Source of the DNA: Candidatus Magasanikiibacteriota bacterium | Lineage (GTDB): Bacteria; Patescibacteriota; Patescibacteriia; Magasanikbacterales; UBA922 | Length of the DNA stretch: 55,515 nucleotides | Reading direction: 5' to 3' | Assembly: GCA_012800155.1 (NCBI GenBank) | Contig: JAAZJX010000002.1 | Location: forward strand, 1-55,515 | In this document: in pieces, positions 19,608 through 27,518 of the stretch | How the letters are laid out: the number at the start of each line of letters is the position of its first letter | Position numbering within the stretch: position 1 is the stretch's first letter | Made by a program: the position numbers and the translations under genes | Notes under the pieces: model-generated | What the model was told of the DNA's origin: nothing | Database searches by the model: none | What the model saw: the letters and a program-made list of their open reading frames with translations, nothing else

Positions 19608-20087
19608 TTAATCAATAGTATAAATTCCTCGAGCTTTATCAATAAATAATATTCCGTCTAGATGATCTATTTCATGTTGAATTACTCTAGCAAAAAAATT
19701 ATGAGCTTCAAATTTAATTTCTTCACCTTTTTCATTCCAAGCTTTTACTAAAATATCTTTGTAACGAGTTACTTTACCATAGGTTTTTGGTACGGAAAGA
19801 CAGCCTTCTAAATCAGTTTCTTTTTTTCTTGAAATTTTTTCAAAAATTGGATTGATTAAAATTAGATCATTTTTTTTATCTGGTGTAGCTTGTCGTCCAA
19901 TAATACAAAAACGGATATTTTGACCAACTTGAGGAGCAGCAATACCAATACCGTCATCGTGATACATAGTGGAAATAATATTTTTTAATAAATTTTTAAA
20001 TTCTTTACTATTTAAAAAATTTTTTTCAATTTCTTTTGAACGCTGACGAAGAGAAGTAGCAGGTAAAGTAACAATTGGTAAGATCAT
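19608..20087 (-). CDS. def: Peptide deformylase
   Basis: GIGIAAPQVG, EGCLSVP, QHEIDHLDG. Confidence 0.98.
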   Translation of the reverse strand: MILPIVTLPATSLRQRSKEIEKNFLNSKEFKNLLKNIISTMYHDDGIGIAAPQVGQNIRFCIIGRQATPDKKNDLILINPIFEKISRKKETDLEGCLSVPKTYGKVTRYKDILVKAWNEKGEEIKFEAHNFFARVIQHEIDHLDGILFIDKARGIYTID

Positions 20088-20362
20088 ATTTTTTTATTTT
20101 TTGTTTTGGCTTGATTTATTTGTTTAGCTTTCCAGAAAAATAATTTACCCGGACTAGTAACCTTTGAATCTTTAATTTCTGCAAAAATTCTTCTCGCTTC
20201 AGTAACACCAATTTTATTTATTAAACCTAAATACATGGCAAATTTTTTTCTTTCACCAAAAGCTGATGAAATAACATCAGTCCAATAGTGAACTTCAGAA
20301 TGAATATTTTTATTTTTTTTAGGAGTAATTTTATTATCTAAAATTTTTGAAATATCTTCCAT
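20084..20362 (-). CDS. Hypothetical small basic protein
   Basis: 92-aa ORF translationally coupled to def by an ATGA overlap. Confidence 0.75.
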   Translation of the reverse strand: MEDISKILDNKITPKKNKNIHSEVHYWTDVISSAFGERKKFAMYLGLINKIGVTEARRIFAEIKDSKVTSPGKLFFWKAKQINQAKTKNKKI

Positions 20363-20382
20363 ACTTTCTAATTAATAATTAA

Positions 20383-21171
20383 TTAGAAAACAAAATTTCC
20401 TACTAAATAACCAACTCCAAAAGGGAATTCGTAAGAATAATTTTTGAATTCATAATCCATATTTTTGAGTACTCCAAGTAAAATTAAAATAGAACGATAA
20501 CCACATTGAGCAGCGTCTTCTACAAATTTTTCATCCATATTAACAATACCAGCAGTATTTCTAGTTTCTAAAAGTTCAATCAATTTATTATCAAATTCTT
20601 TTCCTGTAGGAGCAATTCCTGCTGGAGAATTTTCTGTTAGACCATGAGAGAGGTCAGCAGAAGCAATCACGGCAACACGTTTTTCAGTATTCATAATTAT
20701 TTCTTTGAGCATATAACCAAAATCAAGATGTTTTTTATTACTCAATTGTGAATAGCCAATTGGTAAAATTTTTACATTAGGGAGATGTTTAGTTAACAAA
20801 AATAAAGGAACCGCAGAGCCATGGTCTAAAATTTCTTCGCCAATCATACGCAAAGGTGTTTGATTTTTATTATAGCCATAGTCTATTTTAGAAATTATTT
20901 CTAAATCTCCAGACCATTCTTTTTTTGTCTCTAAATCTCCAAATTCTTTAAAATTAGAAACAAAATTAGTATGAGCATTGATAGTAAAAGCATCGGCAAA
21001 ATAACTACCGTGGGGGGAGATAATAAAAATAATATCTGGTTTAGCAAGATAAAGATCTTGTTCTAGTTTTTCTAAAGCTAAACTAGTTTTTTTTACTTTT
21101 TCTGTTTCCTCTTTTCCAATATTTGGTATAAGTAATGGTGGATGAGGAGTGATAGCAGCGAAGACTAACAT
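20383..21171 (-). CDS. AmmeMemoRadiSam protein B / LigB-like dioxygenase family
   Basis: PHPPLLIP.IG, ISPH, LDHG..VPL, IASADLSH, YEFPFGVGY. Confidence 0.88.
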   Translation of the reverse strand: MLVFAAITPHPPLLIPNIGKEETEKVKKTSLALEKLEQDLYLAKPDIIFIISPHGSYFADAFTINAHTNFVSNFKEFGDLETKKEWSGDLEIISKIDYGYNKNQTPLRMIGEEILDHGSAVPLFLLTKHLPNVKILPIGYSQLSNKKHLDFGYMLKEIIMNTEKRVAVIASADLSHGLTENSPAGIAPTGKEFDNKLIELLETRNTAGIVNMDEKFVEDAAQCGYRSILILLGVLKNMDYEFKNYSYEFPFGVGYLVGNFVF

Positions 21172-21195
21172 ATAAAAATATTTAAAAATAATAAT

Positions 21196-23427
21196 TTATA
21201 ATTTTTCCATTGTCCAGAGGGATAATCTTTCTGGTTCTGCAAAACGGTTTTTATAATCAGGATTACCCATTGTAATAATAATAAATTTTTTATTATCACT
21301 TTTTCTTTCTATAATCATTGCTAAACAAGCGCCTGCTTCATTTAAATATCCAGTTTTGCTAGTAATAATATTAAAAGGTAAACCATCTTTGTTCATTAGT
21401 TCATTACTATTATAATCATAATGTCTAGGTTTATTGTCAAGATCTTTGATTTCATTATAATCATAATATTTTGTTCCTAAATATTTTTTCATGTCAATAT
21501 TTTTAGAAACATTTTTGAAAATTTTTAGATATTCTCTAGCTGTAGTAACATTACCAAGATCATAACCAGAAACATCAGTAAATTTTGTTTTGTTCAATCC
21601 CCAGTCAATAGCTTGTTTATTCATTTCTTTGATAAATAGTTTTTCATCTGGCTCTACATAATTGACTAGCATTTTGGCAGGGGTATTGATAGAGGAGACT
21701 AACATAGAATTTAACAAATCTTTATTATAAATTTGTTCACCTTCAACAATTCTAAAATTATGGTAAACAGATTGATGACGATCAGCTTGATAAGTATTTT
21801 TTCCTTCTATATTTATTCCTTTTTTAAATAATAAATAACCAGTCATTACTTTAGTAAAACTAGCCATAGGTCTTATTTCATCAATATTTTTTCCAGTTAA
21901 AATTTCTTCAGTTTCATAATCAGCTACTAAATAAGTGTTTATATCAGTAACAAAACCATTATTTATGTAAACACTTTCTTCTTCTGGAGTAAGGTTTATT
22001 TTAGTAGTATCTGATTTAGTGAGAGTGTTAATTTCTTTAGTAATCATTCTAGAAGGAAGATAAAGAGGCTGTCCAGTAGGAATATTTATACCTGTTAATT
22101 GATCTATCCAAACAATATTAGTCCATTTGAATCCATAAGCATTAAAAACCTGTTCATCAAAAATATGTCTTTTTTTACCATTTTCTACTACATAAATTTT
22201 ATTATCATTTTCAATACCAAAAATACTTCCATCTTTTAATTTTACTAATTCACCAATTTTATAATTAGTTAATTCTTTTAAATTTATTTTTTCTTCAATT
22301 AAATTTGGAAAATTTACTTTGGCAATATCAGGATCAGTGATAGGGAAGAGAGTATTATCTTTGAGATAATATAAATTATTATTTTCTTTTACACGCAAAA
22401 GTTTACCAACAAAATTTGTAGTATCCACAGTAATTTTTTGTCCTATAATATAGCCAGCTAAATCAGATTCATTAACATCTAAAATTTCATCAGGATGATA
22501 GCCTAAAGTTTTTACAGTATTTGCATTTTCAAAAGGACGAATAGTATCAAAGTCAACTAAATAATATTGTGAATTTTGTCTGAGAATAGAATAATTTGGA
22601 AAATTAAGTTCAATTCCATCTGGGTAATTAGCTAGTTCAGAATCACTTACTTCTATTACCATTTTGATATCAAAACGGCTCAAAAGTACACTCATATTTT
22701 TTATATTGCGTTTTTTACCATCTTGGATTAAATAAATATTTGCAGAAGTTTGAGCTTTTAACAAAGAACCATCAGGATATACTTGACTAAACCAATCATT
22801 CCAGAGTTTCCAAAAATTTTTATTACCCTGTATATGTGGTGTATAAGTATATAAAAATGCCGTAGCTTTATTTTTTGGTATTATTAATTGATTATCTATA
22901 ATATAAGAAATATTTGGTCTTTTAATCCAAATTTCTTTGGACATATTTTCATAATACCAGCGTATAATACCTGCGGCAGCATCAATTTGTTTTCCAAAAC
23001 CAATGTTATTTAAATAAGTTGTACAGGTCCAACCACAACCATCAGATATTCCATAACCAGTTGCTCCATTTAATTGTTTTTCTGTGGGATTTTTAGCAGT
23101 AATGAGACTTTGTTCTTTTTGAAGTTTAACTAAAAGATATTTTGGATTTATTTGATGTTCTCGAGCTGCGCGAGCGATAATATCTGAGGCAGTTCTGGTA
23201 ATTCCTTCTTTATCTTTAGTTTTATAATTAGCTAAAAAACTATTTTTATCTACTAAAAAAGCCTGTATATCAGCTCTTTCCATAGATTGCCAATTTTGCA
23301 TTTCTTCGTCAGAAATAAGATTGTGAGGATTGAAATTATCTTCAGTTGTAGCTAAAATATGGGTAGGAAAAATAAAAAAACCCAACAATATAATAAATAA
23401 AGTTATTTTTTTAGCTAATTTATACAT
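21196..23427 (-). CDS. Secreted multidomain protein with a C-terminal D-Ala-D-Ala carboxypeptidase (S11) domain
   Basis: Signal peptide; N-domain LQKEQSL...GYG...YTYTPH; central G.L.K...IY....GKKR repeats; S-x-x-K (SFTK), S-x-N (SIN) and KTG motifs. Start at ATG 23427. Confidence 0.85.
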   Translation of the reverse strand: MYKLAKKITLFIILLGFFIFPTHILATTEDNFNPHNLISDEEMQNWQSMERADIQAFLVDKNSFLANYKTKDKEGITRTASDIIARAAREHQINPKYLLVKLQKEQSLITAKNPTEKQLNGATGYGISDGCGWTCTTYLNNIGFGKQIDAAAGIIRWYYENMSKEIWIKRPNISYIIDNQLIIPKNKATAFLYTYTPHIQGNKNFWKLWNDWFSQVYPDGSLLKAQTSANIYLIQDGKKRNIKNMSVLLSRFDIKMVIEVSDSELANYPDGIELNFPNYSILRQNSQYYLVDFDTIRPFENANTVKTLGYHPDEILDVNESDLAGYIIGQKITVDTTNFVGKLLRVKENNNLYYLKDNTLFPITDPDIAKVNFPNLIEEKINLKELTNYKIGELVKLKDGSIFGIENDNKIYVVENGKKRHIFDEQVFNAYGFKWTNIVWIDQLTGINIPTGQPLYLPSRMITKEINTLTKSDTTKINLTPEEESVYINNGFVTDINTYLVADYETEEILTGKNIDEIRPMASFTKVMTGYLLFKKGINIEGKNTYQADRHQSVYHNFRIVEGEQIYNKDLLNSMLVSSINTPAKMLVNYVEPDEKLFIKEMNKQAIDWGLNKTKFTDVSGYDLGNVTTAREYLKIFKNVSKNIDMKKYLGTKYYDYNEIKDLDNKPRHYDYNSNELMNKDGLPFNIITSKTGYLNEAGACLAMIIERKSDNKKFIIITMGNPDYKNRFAEPERLSLWTMEKL

Positions 23428-23497
23428 ATTTTTTACTAAGATATTATAACAAATTTTAACAGTTTTGTGAACTGTGAACAAAATTTATTTAAGTTAC

Positions 23498-23549
23498 TTG
23501 ACAATGAACTTGAAAAATGCTATTTTAAAGTGTTACTATGTATGTAACA
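23498..23549 (+). promoter_or_regulatory. sigma70 promoter plus operator-like inverted repeat
   Basis: TTGACA-17bp-TATTTT with an extended TG, followed by TGTTAC-N7-GTAACA (23531-23549). Confidence 0.5.
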
Positions 23550-23611
23550 TTTTGTTTTTGTTCTTTTTATTTTTGCGTAAAAATAATACGCTTAACCAAT
23601 GGAGGTAAAAA

Positions 23612-24943
23612 ATGAATAGTCAGCTACTGAACGGACAATTTCCTTATCTTCAGTCTGGTCAGGTTTATGCTGACTGGACTGGAGCGGCTTTGCCACCCGT
23701 GTCTTTAATTGACGAGTGGTCAGATCATTTACGTAATATTCTGTTAGGAAATCCTCATTCTGGTCACGAACCATCATTGCGGGCAGCTGAAGAAATTGAA
23801 GCAGCTCGGGAAGCTGTACTTCAGTTTTTAAATGCAGACCCAAAAGAATATGAGGTTATTTTCACTAGCGGAGCAACGGAAGCCATCAGACTCTTAGAGC
23901 ATTACAACTTTGGGGTTGGTGGACAGCTTCTTCTTACGGCTGATAATCATAATTCAATAAATGGATTACGAGAAACAGCTAAGAGATCTGGAGCTATATT
24001 TACTTATGCTCCGATCAAAGGTGTAGGAGAAGGATTGGTTCTTGACACGCAGGAATTAACCCGTCTGCTCAATTATCCACGTTCTAGATATGGAAATAGA
24101 CTTTTTGCTTATCCTGCAAAGAGCAATTATTCCGGTAATTTGCATTCTTTGCATTGGGTAGATTATGCCCATAGACGTGGATGGGATGTCCTTTTGGACG
24201 CAGCAGCTTTCTTGGCTAATGATCAGTTGGATTTAAGTCAGGTGAAACCTGATTTTGTTCCGATCAGTTTTTATAAGCTGTTTGGATTTCCAACTGGTGT
24301 TGGGGCTTTGGTGATTCATCGTCGGATGTTTACCAAGCTTCACAAGAAATGGTTCACGGGTGGTCCCATCATGTTGGTATCAGTTCAACGTGATTTCTTT
24401 GTACCAGATGCTCGTGGAGCAACTCGGTATGAAGATGGTAGCCCGAACTTCGGGATGATTGGGGCTGTGAAGAACGGACTGGATTTTCTAAATTCTCTTG
24501 GAGGAGATCGCAAAGCTCATGCAGTAGCAATAGCAAATGATGTCTGGGATATTCTTTATGAAACAAAAGAAAATAGTAATGCCCAGATTATCATTCATAC
24601 TCCTAGAGGAAATGATATTATCGCCTTCAGTGTGGTGAAGGATGGTAAGATTATTAATCCAGGACTGTTTGAAAAAATGACAAGTGATAGGGGTTTTTTT
24701 GTTCGCGTGGGTTGTTTTTGTAATCCAGGCGTCAACGAAAAAATACATGGATACTCTGTAGATGAAGTTATTCCGCGTGCAACTGACGAAGTTATTTTTG
24801 GTTTGGAAGAAATCAAAAGAAGGCGTCAATATTTTGCGAGAACAGCGGTAGGCTCTATTAGAGCATCCTTTGGTTATTCTAATAGCACTATTGATGTTAT
24901 TAGAATTTCAGGACATATGAAAAATATCTTGCGAGAGATTTAA
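23612..24943 (+). CDS. PLP-dependent class V aminotransferase, molybdenum-cofactor-sulfurase (MOCOS/ABA3)-like NifS domain
   Basis: YADWTGA, GNPHS, FTSGAT, DNHNS.NG, LLDAA, ISFYKLFGFPTG.GAL (PLP lysine), R.GCFCNPG. GGAGG ribosome-binding site; elevated G+C. Confidence 0.9.
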   Translation: MNSQLLNGQFPYLQSGQVYADWTGAALPPVSLIDEWSDHLRNILLGNPHSGHEPSLRAAEEIEAAREAVLQFLNADPKEYEVIFTSGATEAIRLLEHYNFGVGGQLLLTADNHNSINGLRETAKRSGAIFTYAPIKGVGEGLVLDTQELTRLLNYPRSRYGNRLFAYPAKSNYSGNLHSLHWVDYAHRRGWDVLLDAAAFLANDQLDLSQVKPDFVPISFYKLFGFPTGVGALVIHRRMFTKLHKKWFTGGPIMLVSVQRDFFVPDARGATRYEDGSPNFGMIGAVKNGLDFLNSLGGDRKAHAVAIANDVWDILYETKENSNAQIIIHTPRGNDIIAFSVVKDGKIINPGLFEKMTSDRGFFVRVGCFCNPGVNEKIHGYSVDEVIPRATDEVIFGLEEIKRRRQYFARTAVGSIRASFGYSNSTIDVIRISGHMKNILREI

Positions 24944-24969
24944 TTTCTCTTACTTTCATTGGTTGAAAA

Positions 24970-25006
24970 AGGGGAAAGAGTGTTCCACACAAACACTTTT
25001 TCTCCT
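24970..25006 (+). other. Strong hairpin directly 5' of the ribozyme
   Basis: AGGGGAAAGAGTGTT pairs with AACACTTTTTCTCCT (15 bp including G-U). No U-tract follows. Confidence 0.75.
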
Positions 25007-25008
25007 AC

Positions 25009-25072
25009 AACCTCTAACAATGATTTTGTTACTGATGAGTCCAAAAAAGTTTAAGATAAAGGACGAAAGGTT
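25009..25072 (+). ncRNA. Type III hammerhead ribozyme
   Basis: AACC-UC^-UAACAA-UGAUU-UUGUUA-CUGAUGA-GUCC-(18 nt)-GGAC-GAAA-GGUU. All core nucleotides are present and stems I, II and III pair perfectly. Confidence 0.92.
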
Positions 25073-25076
25073 AATT

Positions 25077-25109
25077 AAAAAACATCTTAATTTAATTAAG
25101 ATGTTTTTT
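25077..25109. terminator. Bidirectional intrinsic terminator
   Basis: AAAAAACATCTTAA-TTTAA-TTAAGATGTTTTTT between convergent genes. Confidence 0.8.
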
Positions 25110-25117
25110 GTTTTTTA

Positions 25118-26317
25118 TTATTTTTTAATTGGTAAAAAGATAGTAAATTTTGTACCTTTGTTTAATTTACTTTCTACTGTAATTTTTCCATGATGACCAT
25201 CTATAATTTTCTTTATAATAAATAATTCTAAACCACTACCATCAGTATACATATTTTTAGCATTAGAAGCTCGGCTAAATTTTTTGAACATTTTTTTGAG
25301 TTCTTTTTGTGGTATTCCTATACCATTATCACTTACAGTAAAAGAAATATATTTGTTGTCTGATTTTGTTTCAATTTTAATTTTACCTTGTTTCGTTCGT
25401 ACATCTCTTGTTTCAGGAGTAGTACCAATTGAAGGAGTGTATTTTAAAGCATTATCTATTAAATTGAAGATTGCTTGACTTAAATATTGTTCATAGCCAA
25501 GAATAATTGGTAATTTTTGTTTAGGTTTTTTCCATTCAATAATTGTTTGTCTTTTTTCAGCTTCAAATTTTATTTCAGTAATAGCTTTTTTTATTAAGTT
25601 TTCTAGTTGTATTTCTTGAGCATCTTTTTTATTGATTGCCAAACCAACAGTATCTAATTCTGAAGTTACTAAAATATCAGAAATAATTTGTTGAAGTTTT
25701 TTACTTTTTTCAAAAGCATTATTAATATAAATTTTCTTTTCTTTTGAAGAAATTTTATCAAAATCACCTTCATTCATCATTTCCATTGTATTTTTAATTA
25801 CACTTACTGGTGTACGAAGTTGATGAGAAGCTACATCTAAAAATTCTGAACGCATTTTTAATAATTTTTCTAAATGTAAATTTTTCTTTTTTAAACTACG
25901 AGTTTGTTCTTCAACTTTATCTTCTAATTTTTCAGTTAATTCTTCTAAAGCTTCTTTGGCTTTTTTTTCAGAAAAGCTTGATTCAATAATTTTCTCTGTA
26001 CTTTTGTTAAAAAAATATCCATAAACAGTAGCAAAAACAAAAATAGTAATAATTACTGATTTTAAAATTTCACCATCTATGATTAAAGATATAATTAATA
26101 ATATAGAAACAAGTAATATAGTAATTACTAAATATTGGAAAAAAAGACATTGATTAAATTTAGAAGTACAATATTGACATCTTTTTGATGGAGGAGCATT
26201 TAATGTTCTGGCTGTAAAACAATTTTTATTTACATAATTTGGACAACCTAATTTATTGGAAGAACAATTTTCAGAACAATTAATACAATTTGAATTATTA
26301 TTTGTTAGGGGTTTCAT
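25118..26317 (-). CDS. Sensor histidine kinase with a Cys-rich N-terminus and 2 TM helices
   Basis: H-box ASHQLRTP, N-box NLIDNALKYT, G1 VSDNGIGI, degenerate G2 GSGLEL. Confidence 0.92.
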   Translation of the reverse strand: MKPLTNNNSNCINCSENCSSNKLGCPNYVNKNCFTARTLNAPPSKRCQYCTSKFNQCLFFQYLVITILLVSILLIISLIIDGEILKSVIITIFVFATVYGYFFNKSTEKIIESSFSEKKAKEALEELTEKLEDKVEEQTRSLKKKNLHLEKLLKMRSEFLDVASHQLRTPVSVIKNTMEMMNEGDFDKISSKEKKIYINNAFEKSKKLQQIISDILVTSELDTVGLAINKKDAQEIQLENLIKKAITEIKFEAEKRQTIIEWKKPKQKLPIILGYEQYLSQAIFNLIDNALKYTPSIGTTPETRDVRTKQGKIKIETKSDNKYISFTVSDNGIGIPQKELKKMFKKFSRASNAKNMYTDGSGLELFIIKKIIDGHHGKITVESKLNKGTKFTIFLPIKK

Positions 26318-26747
26318 TTTTTTGTTTTTTTAGAAGTTTTACAAAGAGAGCATAACTAAGAGTTGCTACACAAAAACCAGCAAAACAAGCTAAAAATAAT
26401 AATAATGACATAATTAAAAGCCAAATCCATCCCAAAGTAGTAAATTTATTAAAATAAACAGCTAAGAATCCAAGTAATAATAAAATTGCTGTCATACCTG
26501 AAACAAAATTTAATTCAGTAGATTCTTTTTGGATTATGAGAGTTTGTTTTTTGAGAATTTTTTTAACAAAGAAAACATGAATTTGATAAGGGATATTTAA
26601 TTTTATATTAATAGTTCCTAAAGCTAACATAATTATAACTGCTAAAACATACCAAGGATTTTTAGTAAAAAAACCAATAATAATTAAAATTCCATAAAGA
26701 GCTCGAGAAAATCTTAAAGATTTATCATAGATAGAACATTGGGGCAT
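26298..26747 (-). CDS. DUF4395-like membrane protein
   Basis: ID....RF start, 4 TM helices, L...AGFCVA..Y C-terminal motif. Confidence 0.7.
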   Translation of the reverse strand: MPQCSIYDKSLRFSRALYGILIIIGFFTKNPWYVLAVIIMLALGTINIKLNIPYQIHVFFVKKILKKQTLIIQKESTELNFVSGMTAILLLLGFLAVYFNKFTTLGWIWLLIMSLLLFLACFAGFCVATLSYALFVKLLKKQKNETPNK

Positions 26748-26807
26748 ATATTTTTATTAATTAAATTAATTTTTATAATTATATCTTTTTAAATTTAATT
26801 TGTAAAT

Positions 26808-27416
26808 TTATTGTTTATTATTTTGTTCAGCAAAAAGATCACCAAAACATTGAGCAACATCTGTTATTGATAAAGAGGAATAATCATTATTTGACCAGTG
26901 ATTAATTAAATTTTTTAGATCAGTTGTATAATCAAAAAAGCAGTAACCATCTTTACCATTATAATTAATTTCAGCTTCTTTATTGCCTACATTTTCGTAT
27001 TCTTGAATTTGTTTTTCTGTCATACCTTGATTAAGTAATAAAGTTTTTATTTCTTTACTATACTTGGCAGTTAGAGTATTAGTTTTCATATAAAATAAAC
27101 ATTTTTCTCCAACTAAACCTTTAATTTCATAATGATCATTAAAATTTAAATTAATTCCCAGATTATTAATTGTATAAGAATTTTTAACTTTAGCTAATTG
27201 ACAAGTGTCGGCTGCTTTTTCAAAACAAAATAAATCAGTTTGACAATCTTTTATATTTTCATTTTTTATAATTATTTCTTTTGGAGTTTCAGCTTCTATT
27301 TTAATATCAATTGGAAGAGATAAATTTATATTTGGAAGATTTTTTTGCAGACTACAACCAATTCCTAAAATAAAAAATATAGAAAATAATAAAAAATAAA
27401 AAGAAAATTTTTTCAT
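26808..27416 (-). CDS. Hypothetical lipoprotein
   Basis: Signal peptide ending in a lipobox-like GIGC; DC.TDL.CF..AA..C Cys motif. Confidence 0.7.
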   Translation of the reverse strand: MKKFSFYFLLFSIFFILGIGCSLQKNLPNINLSLPIDIKIEAETPKEIIIKNENIKDCQTDLFCFEKAADTCQLAKVKNSYTINNLGINLNFNDHYEIKGLVGEKCLFYMKTNTLTAKYSKEIKTLLLNQGMTEKQIQEYENVGNKEAEINYNGKDGYCFFDYTTDLKNLINHWSNNDYSSLSITDVAQCFGDLFAEQNNKQ

Positions 27417-27518
27417 AAAAATAATTTAACTTTAAAAATTATAGCAGATTATAATTTAAAATTAAAGTCCTAAATTAAAAACACCTGTGATAAACAAGTG
27501 CTTTTAATTTTTAATATT

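Noticed and set aside
24963..25193. 76-aa + strand ORF
   Set aside because: Runs through the hairpin, hammerhead and terminator and into the kinase antisense; the RNA structure explains the sequence better.
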